Assembly (NCBI RefSeq): GCF_001447785.1 | Contig: NW_015163118.1 | Location: 1-64,000, forward strand | DNA from: Gekko japonicus | Taxonomy: Eukaryota | Reading direction: 5' to 3' | DNA: 64,000 bases | Shown here: positions 13,623 through 24,803 of the stretch, in pieces | How the letters are laid out: the number at the start of each line of letters is the position of its first letter | Position numbering within the stretch: the stretch's first letter is position 1 | Made by a program: the position numbers and the translations under genes | Notes under the pieces: generated by a model | Database searches by the model: none | Told to the model about the DNA's origin: nothing | What the model saw: only the letters and a program-made list of their open reading frames with translations

Positions 13623-13929
13623 TGTAATGTATCCGCCATTACCACGTGCGCGATCGTTGGGCCATGCGGTCAAGCACAAGGCCAAAGCTTCGTTCCCACA
13701 GAACAATAGTGGAGCGGATCCTGGCCCGCACCAACCAGAGGGCTAGGTCCGCGGCCGAGAGCCAATGGGACTCTCGGCCACTGTAAATGACCTATAGGTG
13801 ACTAAGGGGTGTGTTTTGGTGGCGGGTTTCTGTGTATATATACCGGCCTGCGTGCCGGGGTTCTTCGTCTTGTTCTTCACTAAATAAAGTACTCTTGCTG
13901 AAATCACTCTTCGTTCTGAGTACTTTTCA
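13623..13929 (+). mobile_element. Young CpG-rich solo LTR
   Basis: TGTAATGTA...TACTTTTCA termini; 5-bp TSD TTGTG; CCAAT at 13762, TATATATA at 13835, AATAAA at 13883. Confidence 0.8.
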
Positions 13930-14737
13930 TTGTGGCTTCTCTTAAGGAACCCTGCACGGTGTAGATGTGCCTGGAGACAATTAATCTTGAATAGGCCCTG
14001 AAGAAAAACACTGCAATCTTTAAAGCTGCCTGCTTTGAAAACCGCTTTGCTAAAGTCTGTGGAAAACCTCTAGAGGAAATGGCTTGAAGAATCCAGCCAA
14101 AACCTCTTATTTCCCTGGTCATCCTAAAACAATGCTCATGTCCACTGATTTAAAGCAAAGGTGCAAAAGGATTTCCAGATGGCCCTAATTCAAATTACTA
14201 AGAAGGAATATAGTTACAGAGTTAAGTTCTGGTTACAGGTAGAGCAATCTATGCTACATTACAAATGGGATGGAAATGAATCAAAACTGTTGTATCTCCT
14301 CAATGGGCCATAAATTTCAAAAAAAAGGGCTTGAGTCAAGTTCCCATCAGAGCTAGGAAAAAGCTAATTCCCCTTGCTTCTGTGATGGAAGAGAGAAAAT
14401 GGGTGTCTATGTGATAATAAAACAGAATTTAGATTGTGGCAGAGAAAGAGAAAGAAGCAGACACGCTGCTGTGACTTGGCTGAAGTAGCTATAAACTGCA
14501 GGGTCTCTCTCTCCCTGGGATCTGAAGTAGGGCAGGAGATCTACTGCTCCGCAGGACTGGCTCTTTGCTTCCTTCTGTGCTGTATCAGTACATTTGCATG
14601 TGAAGTGAATATTCTCCAAAGAGAACCTGCTCAGGTAAGTACTGCTCGTGTGACTTGTCATTGTTCAAAGATCATATCTATACAGCTAACACCAGCTCAA
14701 AGTGTAGAGAGGGGGGAATCTCTTGTGTGAAAGCATT

Positions 14738-14791
14738 TCTCTCTCTCTCTCTCTCTCTCNNNNNNNNNNNNNNNNNNNNNNNNNNNNNNNT

Positions 14792-14838
<47 letters not shown>
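14738..14838. repeat. (TC)n(CA)n microsatellite spanning an assembly gap (N 14760-14790)
   Basis: Seen directly in the sequence. Confidence 0.9.
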
Positions 14839-14839
<1 letters not shown>

Positions 14840-15664
14840 ATTCCTTGCATATGGAAAACTAAGTGAAGCCCAGAGTATATCTGAAGTATACAATGTGATC
14901 GTTGCTGAAGTTAAGCAGATCTGGATCTGGTCAGGTCTTTGGTGCAGAGCCACTGAAAACTACCTGAATCCCAGGAATTGCCTGTCTGTGGGCCCCCAAG
15001 ATGACCAGAGCTCCCCTCTCTTGGCAGCCATGCTGAGGTGAGAACCCTACATATGCCTGGGAATCCAACCTACATCACCTTGAGTTGTGTAACAAAAGGC
15101 ACCAAGACTTTAGGGAGGGGAGTTTGTGTCCCAGGCGACACCTATAGCTAGCCAAACCACTACTTTGTCCTTCCCAGAGTGTCCTCTGGATTTCCAGACC
15201 AATATAAAACCTGAAAAGAATTAGCCTCTAATTACTCAAAGTAATCTGAAATACTAACCGGGCTCAGGGAATGGGTACCTTGCAAATACTGTACAGATCT
15301 GGGGATAAGGCTAGAAGTGTTTCATGTACAGAAGGACTTTGATTATAGGGGTGGTTTCAAATAAGATACGTGTCATATGCATCTTGAGGTAATACTGGCC
15401 TGTGAGAGGGCTGGATGATAGCTCCCTGCATGTCTGTATTTGCTCTAGCTATGAGCTTTGGAAGACCCACCCATTACATGTAGTCCAAACTAGATGAATG
15501 CTTCAAGCTGCCATGAGCTTGCTCCGGCAGGGAGGGCAGGGTATAAATTTGATAAGTAAATAAATAAATAAACAAATAAGTTGCACATATTCCTGTGAGT
15601 CAACGTGGCTGACAGCAACCCACAAGTAACCAGTGTAGACTGTGCAGTTCATGCAGTTGGGTTC

Positions 15665-16220
15665 TGTCATGATCCGGCCTGTGCCAGTACGGCCTAGCCA
15701 GTTTAAGAGGCCTGGGTGACAGTAGGAGGCAGCTAGGCCTACAACTCCCAGAAGGCATTGGGAGAGTCAGGAAAGATTCTAAGGGAGACCGTTTGAATCT
15801 GTTGGGAACAAAGTCTGGGGAAGACAGTTGAAGGCAGTTGCTGGCTGCTGGCTGCTGGTAGCTGGAGTCTCTGAGTGAGAAGGGGAGAAGCCTCCGTCCT
15901 TTGCCTCCCTGCGGCTGGGTCTCGTGAGAGACAGGCCGGGCTGGGAGAAGGAGGAGCCTGAGTGAGTTAGGAAAAGCCAAGTAAGGCAGTTGTGTTAGTT
16001 TATTTTCATTTGACCTTTCCCCCTGTTATCCAGTTTACGCACCTTGCCCAATTTTCCTAATAAACCCTGTTCTGTGTGATTTGGTTGGTGTCCGCCTGGG
16101 TCATTCACGCCTGTAACACTCGGTTAGCAAGGGCTTGGGAGCTACCCTGGGACCCCCGAGGGACCCGAAAGTCCAGGGTGGTGGCGGCGAAACCCAAAGA
16201 CCCCTCTGGGGGTCATGACA
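15665..16220 (+). mobile_element. Solo LTR (Gypsy/ERV-like)
   Basis: TGTCATGA...TCATGACA termini; 5-bp TSD GGTTC; AATAAA at 16059. Confidence 0.85.
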
Positions 16221-16500
16221 GGTTCCCATGACAGAGGCTGCACAGTTATCCCAAGGAAAAGGACCTCCCATTTCCTTGCACGTTTCCTACCTTTAAAAAG
16301 CATGGTAAGCTGCCTTTTGGGCAAGCCCCAAGAAGATTCCAGAGTTTACAGAAAGTGATTCTACATGCCTTTATTGCCTTACTTGCTACAGTATCCTAGC
16401 AACAGCGGCATCATTCATGAGAGATTGGAGAAGAGGGTATGTCGCATTCAGAGGCACAATCCCTGCAAATAACGACCAGCAGCGTCAAGCCCTCACATAC

Positions 16501-16506
16501 TTTATT
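16501..16506 (-). terminator. CRYGS polyadenylation signal AATAAA
   Basis: TTTATT on the plus strand about 50 nt past the stop codon; a second signal lies at 16370-16375. Confidence 0.7.
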
Positions 16507-16554
16507 TATGCATCAAGCCAGCTTTCACATCGGTTTCACACACAAGGCTGCTCA

Positions 16555-16827
16555 TTACTCAACAACACGCCGGAAGGACTGGACCACTGGAGATGTGGCC
16601 CCCCACTCGACAGGCTTACTGTACTCTCCTCTCTCCAGAAGGTACTGCCGGCCGCGGAAGTTGGGATGTTCGTAGAAGATCCAGGCTCCCTCCAGGACTT
16701 TGCAGGAATGGATTTCCCGGAAATGAAACTGATCCATGACAGAAGGGCAGTCATCCATGTATTCATGCATCTGGCCACTAAACTCACCCTTCTCAAAGAG
16801 CTGGATCTGGTGTTTGCCTCCGCTGGG
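16555..16827 (-). CDS. CRYGS: CRYGS exon 3 (C-terminal domain)
   Basis: ttgttccag|CCC AGC GGA ... GAG TAA; AATAAA on the minus strand at 16506-16501. Confidence 0.97.
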   Translation of the reverse strand, partial: PSGGKHQIQLFEKGEFSGQMHEYMDDCPSVMDQFHFREIHSCKVLEGAWIFYEHPNFRGRQYLLERGEYSKPVEWGATSPVVQSFRRVVE

Positions 16828-19800
16828 CTGGAACAAGGAAAGAGAGCACCGGGGGTCACTGAGGAGCTGAGCAGAGGCATGCATTTGCAACACACAGTTC
16901 AGACTCTTCGGCTTCAGTCTGCATCGTGTTGAAACGTGGATGCGAAGCATGAAAGCAACGAAGGCACCAGGGTTGTGGATGCATCTCCAAAGGCCACTAA
17001 GCACCCATGAATACACCTAAAGCCTTTTCAGTGTGGGTGTTTAGAGTATTCTTCTAGCTCCACTGGCCTTCGTCGCCTCATGATACACCAGAAACACCTG
17101 TTCTATTATTGATTGTGCAAGAGTGATGGTCGTATATGCCCCATACCTTCACCAGCATCTCAGGCTCATAGGCCCCTTGTCATACCCACCAGCTCATGCA
17201 CTATGGCCCACCAGAGCTTGGTAAATCTTCTGGTTCTTCTCCTCCAAGCAAAAGACCCTGTCTGGGATGCTGTGTTCTCCAGCATCACCCTGGCCACACA
17301 ACATCTGGAGGTTTATCAAGCCCTGGCAGGCTGCTGTACATGGCTGCTGGGGAGCATGTTAGCCAAAGCTGTGAGCCGAGCGGCTTTGTTGAAGTGAGTC
17401 CCCAGCACCACTTTAAAGTACACCAGCACAGCATGCTTTGGAGAATAAGAGCTCATGTTATTGAATGGATTCTGGCCGTGCTTTGCAATATCTCTTATAA
17501 AGGAGGGGAAGGAAGATGGCTCCTCAACAGGAGCCTGAACATGAAGCACGCCATGGTATCTGCTCAGTCGGAGCCACAAGCACGACAGACTCCCCCAGGA
17601 GAACCAAAGAAAAGATTTAAACAACTTGCTTGTTTCCAAGAGGCCTTTGGCTGCAGAGCAGCAAAGCCCCACAAAAGCCTGTGATACGGGGACAGGGGCT
17701 GTCACTGGCTGCAGTAGCATTTCACCAAAGCAGTTCACATCAGATGAACTGGCCTCAAGCCAGTGGCAGTTTATATGACAGTGAATGGGTTAGTCTTTAA
17801 GGGTCTTGTTTTGTTTGTGCTGCCATAAACTGACATGGCAATTCCTTCTCCCACCCCCCGCCTCCCAGCTGCCAGTTATTCCTATCAGATCTCAACCCTC
17901 TAAAGTGCCTAATCAAGACCTTTTGCCATGGATTGTCCAAACATGGTTGGGTTGGGTGTGCAAGGGATATAGCCGGGTGCTGAAATGCCATTGCCCCCCT
18001 CCCCGATGAGCTTCCCCCAAGAAGTGTGAGTCCTCCCAGTGGAGCAGCAACATCTGAGTGGCTATTAATTGGGTGCAGGTTCCTAATGCACAGATGTAAG
18101 AAACTTAAATGAGAATACTACCCATTATACCTCCTTACTCAACATATAGGGTTGCCAGCTCCAGGTTGGGAAAGAGCTGGAGATGTTCTGGGTGGAGGCA
18201 GTGAGGTCTGGGGAGGGGGTGGACCTCGGCAGGGTATAGAGTCCACCCTCCAAAGCAGCCATTTTCTCCAGGGGAACTGATCTTGGTCATCTGGCGGTCA
18301 ATTGTAATAGCAGGAGATCTCCAGGTGCCACCTGGAGGATGGCAACCCTACTCAACAGATAGTGCTTAGTACATGACCTTGGGGTGAAAGACATGAGGGG
18401 GTTAAAGGCATTGTGTGTAGAGGGAGGCAATCATTACCAGTACTCAACAAACATGCGTCCTGCAGCAACTTCAAGACAAACACGTTTTTATTCTACCAAT
18501 TAGCGGACTCTAATCCACAAAAGCTTATGCTAGAAGGAAGGTTATTTGTCTTCAAGGGACTGCAGGACACTTGTTTATTTTTGCTGCAACAGACTATTGT
18601 GACTAACCCTCTGGAAGTGTGAATCTGTGCTATGAGAACAGAAGTATGTATGTGTGAGTTATTCCTGGTAAATTAACACGAAATAACATTCTGGGGTCTT
18701 CTGCATGCACCAAGAAAGAAAATCGGCCAATGTATCCTGCTATTCAGACTTTGCATCATCTTGATAACAAATGTCCCAGGCCTTGTGAAAGGGGCCTGAG
18801 GAGCTGTGGCGCACTGGGAGAGCATTAGCTTTGCATGCAGAAGGTTCCTGGTTCAATTCTTGCCATCTCCAGACATCAGAATCAAGGAGAAAGTAACATG
18901 AAAGACATGGAGAGCCACCGCCAGTCACTGTAGGCGATACTGACTTTCAGAGGCCAGTGGTCTGACTCGGTATAAGGGAGCTTCGTTCACTCAACATCAG
19001 AAGAGAAAGAAATGGCAGACTTACCAACTGAATGTATTTGCATGAGCTGATGCGGTCATTAAGGCCCATCCAGCGTTGGTATTCAGGATAGTCCCCATGG
19101 GTCAGCACATACATGTTCCCTGCAAAGTTTGGTCGCTCATATATAACCCAGGCACCTCCTTCCACACGGATGGAATTGCAACGGCTCAGGTCATTGTGGA
19201 AATCCGAGCTGTCCCTGTCACACTCGTAGCGGCGCCCTTGGAAATTCTTCCCTTCGTAGAAGGTGATCTGAAACACAAGCAAAGCGTGAGAGACAGCAAT
19301 GCGGTTTCTGCTAGACACAGTGCAGCTTGGCTGAGCTAAATGCATTCTTTTCTTGCACTAGAGTGCGACAACATCCCACGCTTGCAAACACATTACACTG
19401 AAGATACATCAAGATGGGTAGCCGTGTTCGTCTGTCTGTAGCAGTAGAGAGTAAGAGTCCAGTTTCACCTCAAAGACTAACTAAGTATGTGGTAGAGTAT
19501 GAACTTTCGTGAGTCACTGCTCAGTTCTTCAGATACCTGAAGAAGTGATCAGGTGACTCACCAAAGCTCATACTCTACCACAAATTTTATTAGCCTTTAA
19601 GGTGCTACTGGGCTCTTACTCTTTTCTACATCACAATGTGTTGAGACGCTGTGCTAAGACATTGCCCCAGCAGATGGACCCCCAGACATGCTTCTTAGGC
19701 AAAAATACCAACCACGGACTGTCCACATGAGTTTCAACAAGTACAGAGAGATATGGTAGGGTGGAAGTGACAACTCGCTATTGCAGAAAGGGATGGTGGT

Positions 19801-22530
19801 GGCCTGGGTGGTATTTTCTTCTTGCATCTCTTCTGTGCCACATCAGTGACTACCTGCCCTTGTACTACGTGTTCTGGCTTTGTCTATAGCCACCTCTTCC
19901 CCACCCCTAAGACCTGTGTGATGGCAGAGCACAGTGGTGCCTTCCGATGACAGCAGCTGTGGAGGATGCTCGTACTCCCACTGACCTGTGCAGGTCGCTC
20001 GCCCTAAGCTAAAGCCCAAGAACAGGCTTTTGCCCACCATATGAGCCAGCACTAGCCAATGAAGCAGACAAAGTTTTTGCTATCAATTCTACTCCCTGCA
20101 GAGCCCAACAAGCCCCACCTCCTGACCTCACTCAGATACTAATGCTCTCCATATCAGTAGCTAGCAACTGAAGCAGCAGAAAATGTTTCCCATTCGACAA
20201 ACCTTCTTCTCTTGGAATCTGAAGCACAGCCTTCTGCCCAAAGCCCTTGCTTCTAGTAAGTCTGTAAACTCTCCATGGACGGAACATTTCTATCTATATC
20301 AAAGTCTCTAGTGGGGTGGGGGGAGTTAATGATTCTGGAGCCCTTGGGAAAAGGCCAGGGTGGGGCCCCAGAATCATTGCCAACACCACTCACCAAGGCC
20401 AAACAGGAGATAGTCCTTGCCCCATATGATCCAAGTGGGTGCACCTCCCACAACAGGAAGCCAGCTGCCCAGGCCCCAGACAAAGCAGGTGTGAGCCGGT
20501 GCCACTATGAAGTGGGCAGTCCGATCCTCAGATGAGGTGGGTGCAAGTAGCCACCATGGAGCTAGCCAGCATCCTCAACCCTGGATGGGGCAGGCACAAG
20601 CAGCCCTTACCCTGAAAGAAAGCCCTGAGCCCCGAACAGCACAGCTGTGAGTGTTAGTGGGAGCTTGCTATTCTTTCACTCCCCCTCTGCTGATTGGGTG
20701 GGGCCATGGGCAGTCAGCCCCCCACCCAGTGTGGGTCCTGGGACACCTCGGCTAAGACCATCTCTGGTGTCTAGAGGCTTTCTGCATGGAAGCTCGCTAG
20801 GTAACCTGTTCGAATCGGCAGCGAAGGGCGATGGACAGAGAAATTTAAATGTCTTGAAATGGAACCGCACTAAAAAATTAGGCACTTCCAGCCTGGACTT
20901 CTCATGACTCTCCATGTGGATTTAGATCAAATAAAATCACTCGTAACATCCAACAGGTACACACGAATCTCATGCGATCACATTACACATAGTAGTCTCA
21001 ATAGAATAGATGTGGTATCTTGGAAGCATATAGCATTTCCTCGTGACAGCACCCAGGAAATGCAAAAATCCCTGCTGCAACACAAGTGTAACTTCACAAG
21101 AAATCATCCGGACCAAACATAACAAAGGTGTGACAAATGTACATTTATTGCACTGAAAACTGATCAAGTAGAAAAGCTGTAAGAGATGAAGATCAGTGAC
21201 CAAGGCAGCTTAGAGATAACCTATGTATAAATGACATGACACCACCCTGTGAGGCTTGTAACCTATTCAAGATGTAGATGGGGGTTGCATATCTGAATAC
21301 TGCCCTCAATAAATGGGGGGGGACCAAAATACTAGCACATCAGGATGAGAGTTAGACTAGCACCTTTCTTCCTGACTGAGGTATCTTTTTATTAAAATAA
21401 CAACATAAAACGCAACACATGGAATAGCACTTCAGTTATGGTCTTAAGTAGTATCATTCCAACATGACAGTACCAAATGATCAATTATTATTATTATCTT
21501 CTAAGTCCTTCTGAGCTCATTATTACATCCAAGGACTGCAATCTCAGTGAGTCAATGCAGCCATAGAGGCCTAAGCAAAACCTCTTTCACTGGTCATTGC
21601 ATCATATGGTGAAGAATCACAAGCCACCCACCGAGATTTTAATCCTGAATCTGTTGCAGTCAATGGAATAATTGCAACTTTCTTTGTTGGTATGAAAGTA
21701 ATCATTGTGCCAATGTGGCTTTCCAAATTCCACTGCTACCCTAGTGTGTGTCCTTATGCCTTGTAAATAAATAGATATAGAGAACATTTGGAGGTATTGT
21801 CAAAATGAAGGGTCTCTTCATCTTTGCAAGCCTATTCCTCCAGGCGCAAGAATAAATCTGCAATTAAAAATTACCACACTAGCACAAGCTTCATCTCCCT
21901 TGTCGTTTAGAACAAATACACAAGCAGAAGGAAGATGGATGTACCTGTCTGAAGTCACTGTTTCCAAATACCGACCTTGACGTAACAGAATTTGGTATTT
22001 TCAAAGACATTAAACCAGAACCTTCTTACAAAAAAGGGCAGGAAAATCCATGATTTTTATTTCTCAGAGTCAGTATGTCTTCTTCAGAAGTCCATGTTTT
22101 ATTATGATTCCAGGGTACCATAATCTGGAGCAGATCCTGACCAGGTTTTAGGATTGGTACTGAGTAAACTGGCTAGGCAAGCTGCTATGAAGGACCCTGG
22201 AAGGCCTTGTGTTCCTCCCTCCCTTCCTTTGTCCTAAATAAAGTTATACTTTGTTACTTAAGAAGACCCTCGGCATATTCCTGAGTAGTTGCGGCATCTT
22301 AGGCTTGGATGGAGCCAGCTGCCTCTGACCCAAGAGAGGCAAACCCCCACACAGACACACTATCCTTCTGCTCTTGCCCCCAGTGCCCCCCAGTGCCCGG
22401 GGGGAGGGACCTGGCCACCCTACTCTTGTGCCAAGCTTGCAAACCAGTTAAGACTTTCCGCCTTTGTCTAGAGAGAAGGAAAGAAGAGAGAGGCTAGAGG
22501 TATACTTACCCTGCTTCCCGTTTTAGACAT
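16555..22530 (-). CDS. CRYGS: Gamma-S crystallin, complete spliced CDS join(22530..22510,19267..19025,16827..16555), 178 aa
   Basis: Exons of 21+243+273 nt with GT-AG boundaries give [23 protein letters not shown]...[22 protein letters not shown]...VQSFRRVVE*. Four Greek-key motifs; the N-terminal arm and length match gamma-S. Confidence 0.97.
18147..18350. mobile_element. hAT-type MITE in CRYGS intron 2
   Basis: TIRs TAGGGTTGCCA / TGGCAACCCTA; CTCAACA direct repeat on both flanks. Confidence 0.8.
19025..19267 (-). CDS. CRYGS: CRYGS exon 2 (N-terminal domain)
   Basis: tttcag|ATC ACC TTC ... CAG TTG|gtaagt; 243 nt. Confidence 0.97.
19413..19629. mobile_element. Penelope-like element-derived fold-back with minimal hammerhead motifs
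   Basis: Imperfect inverted repeat of about 85 bp centred near 19535; each arm carries CTGAAGA-stem-(G/C)AAA-G(T/C)TC-ATAC. Confidence 0.65.
22510..22530 (-). CDS. CRYGS: CRYGS exon 1, coding part (MSKTGSR)
   Basis: ATG at 22530 followed by donor AGG|GTAAGT; TATA box about 80 nt upstream. Confidence 0.93.
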
Positions 22531-22610
22531 GGTCAAGGCTAGGTGGTGTGATACCTTGGTGGAGGAGGAGATCTAGAAGCAGCTGCAAGAGCCAGGAGCG
22601 GGAAGCCTCG

Positions 22611-22814
22611 TTTTATAGTGAGCACATTTTTAGACCAGGCATTCGCTTTGTCATGAGAATGGGAATCCAAAAATTGAGTCAGGGATTCTGAGCCTATTCA
22701 TAAGTTCTAGAAAAGCAAACAGGATTAGAAAATAAAGGCAGGCTTCATTGCCCCTTTTATGTTCCAGCATGGCCTGTTGCATTATTAGCTTTTGAATGCT
22801 TTGCTGAGTCAGAA
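22611..22814 (-). promoter_or_regulatory. CRYGS proximal promoter: TATA, SOX-like, AP-1 and MARE-like sites
   Basis: TATAAAA (minus, 22617-22611); CTTTGTC SOX-like at 22646-22652; TGAGTCA at 22675-22681; TGCTGAGTCAGAA at 22802-22814 (12/13 match to the T-MARE TGCTGAGTCAGCA). MAF and SOX factors are established crystallin regulators. Confidence 0.7.
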
Positions 22815-22964
22815 CACCAAGACTGTGTTAGAAATATTCAAAGTTTTTTTTTAAGAGCATTCTGTCTCAGTGGTGTGGGGCAACGTGGTTCCCCAGCCCT
22901 ACTTTGAATATTATATAATTTTTTAAATGATGAGTTCAGCTATAGCCATTTACAGAAGAGCCTA

Positions 22965-23857
22965 AAGCACCTTGCTTATTTAATATATATGCAGAGTACA
23001 TCATGCGAAATGCTGGCCTGGATGAATCACAAGCAGGAATTAAGATTGCTGGGGAAAAGATCAACAACCTCAGATATGCAGACGATACCACTCTAATGGC
23101 AGAAAGTGAAGAGGACCTAAAGAGCCTATGTAATTGCTGAGGGTGAAAGAGGAGAACGCAAAAGTTGGCTTGAAACTCAACATCAAAAAAACTAAGATCA
23201 TGGCATCCGGCCCCATCACTCCTTAGCAAATAGAAGGGGAAGTTGTGGAAGTAGTGACAGACTTCACGTTCCTGGGATCCCAGATCACCGCAGACTGTGA
23301 CAGCAGCCATGAAATTAAAAGATGCCTGCTCCTTGGGAGGAAAGCGATGGCAAACCTAAACAGCATGATAAAAAGTAGAGACATCACCCTGCCAACAAAA
23401 GTCCGCATGGTCAAAGCAATGGTATTCCCAATAGTCATGTATGGCTGAGAGAGTTGGACTATAAGGAAGGCCGAGCACCAAAGAATAGATTCTTTTGAAC
23501 TTTGGTGCTGAAGAAGACTCTTGAGAGTCCCTTGGACTGCAAGAAGATCAAATCAGTCAATCCTAAAAGAAATCAACCCTGACTGTTCCCTGGAAGGTCA
23601 GATAATGAAACTGAAGCTCAAATACTTTGGCCACCAAATGAGAAGGGAGCACTCACTGGAGAAGACCCTGATGCTGGGAAAGATTGAAGGTCAAAGAAGA
23701 TGGGGATGGCAAAGGATGAGATGGTTAGACAGTGTCATCGATGCAACGAACATGAAATTGAGCAAACTTCAGAGGACGGCGGAAGACAGGAGGGCCTGGC
23801 ATGATCTTGTCCATGGGGTCGCAAAGAGTCGGACTGTGCGACTGAACAACAACAACT
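22965..23857 (+). mobile_element. 5'-truncated BovB (RTE) LINE
   Basis: RT motif NNLRYADDTTLMAESEEDL; BovB-like C-terminus (LRVPWTARRSNQSILKEINPDCSLEG...); (CAA)n tail; internal stops and frameshifts. Confidence 0.9.
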
Positions 23858-24803
23858 GAAGCTAGAAAAAAATCCTGGCCATTGCCTGTGTCACAAGCAG
23901 CCTGGCGAACAGAGGGGGGGAGGTGCCTTGCTTACAAAGCAATATATGAATAACAACACAAGGAGTAGTGTGGGGGGGGGGAGTAAAGCTACCTACCATT
24001 GGCTAAAAACATTCTCTGTTTTGCATATTAACACATTTCAGCTTCCCAGGTTTCCATGGAATGGGAGCTTAAACTGGGTGAGGCTCTCTGGCTGTGGTCC
24101 TGAGCTGGTCCATCGAAATTATTCCTGAAGGGCTCCATAATTTATTTGTAGACTGCACTCTACAGGTTCTTTCATGTAAACACAGCAAGAAAGCTGGGTT
24201 TGCTAACACATGCTCCCTTGCCAGGAAATCACCACCAGTTCTGGTTTTCAGATAAGGGTAACCTGTCAGTTGAACTTCTTCTAGTGTCTGCAAGCACATG
24301 CTTGTCGTATGTGTGCTTTTTGATGTTTTTAGATGTACACTTTTTTTAAAAGTAAGATATGAAGTGACCTTGATTCAGCAGTCTCAAACACGGCACCCAC
24401 CAATGAGTTTTCTAATATCTATTTGCTTCTTCAATAGAGAAAACCTCCCCCAAAGCAAAGTGTCAGTCCTGGCTTTCTTCTACCTCCTTGAAGTAGGAGG
24501 GGCCTCAGACAGCCTGGGACCTTTGTTTCTGAAACAGCTGTGTGCATCACAGGAAAATGCTTGACTCTCAGCCTCCTAACATCTTGCGACTGGTCCCTGG
24601 CATCCCATGTTGTGCCAGGACATTGTGTGGTGACACCTGCTAAGCATTTTAAAAGTGCCCACAGGTTGAATAACACTGAGGACCCTGCCTGAAATTATGG
24701 GGTTTTAATTAACTCCATATGACAACCCATGTCCTACCAACAGTATTTTACTAGAATGGCAGGTGGGAATGGGAAAATGTAACCTCCTGAAAGAAGTGCC
24801 TTA

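Noticed and set aside
16417-16932. 171-aa plus-strand ORF and 119-aa alternative-frame ORF
   Set aside because: Antisense and alternative-frame shadows of CRYGS exon 3.
17113-17738. 94-162 aa ORFs in CRYGS intron 2
   Set aside because: No homology or splice support; expected by chance in GC-richer intronic DNA.
20600-20625. Minus-strand TTTCTTTCAG-G-GTAAG resembling a recursive or micro-exon splice site in CRYGS intron 1
   Set aside because: Not the AG|GT recursive consensus, the intron is short, and a 1-nt exon would break the frame.
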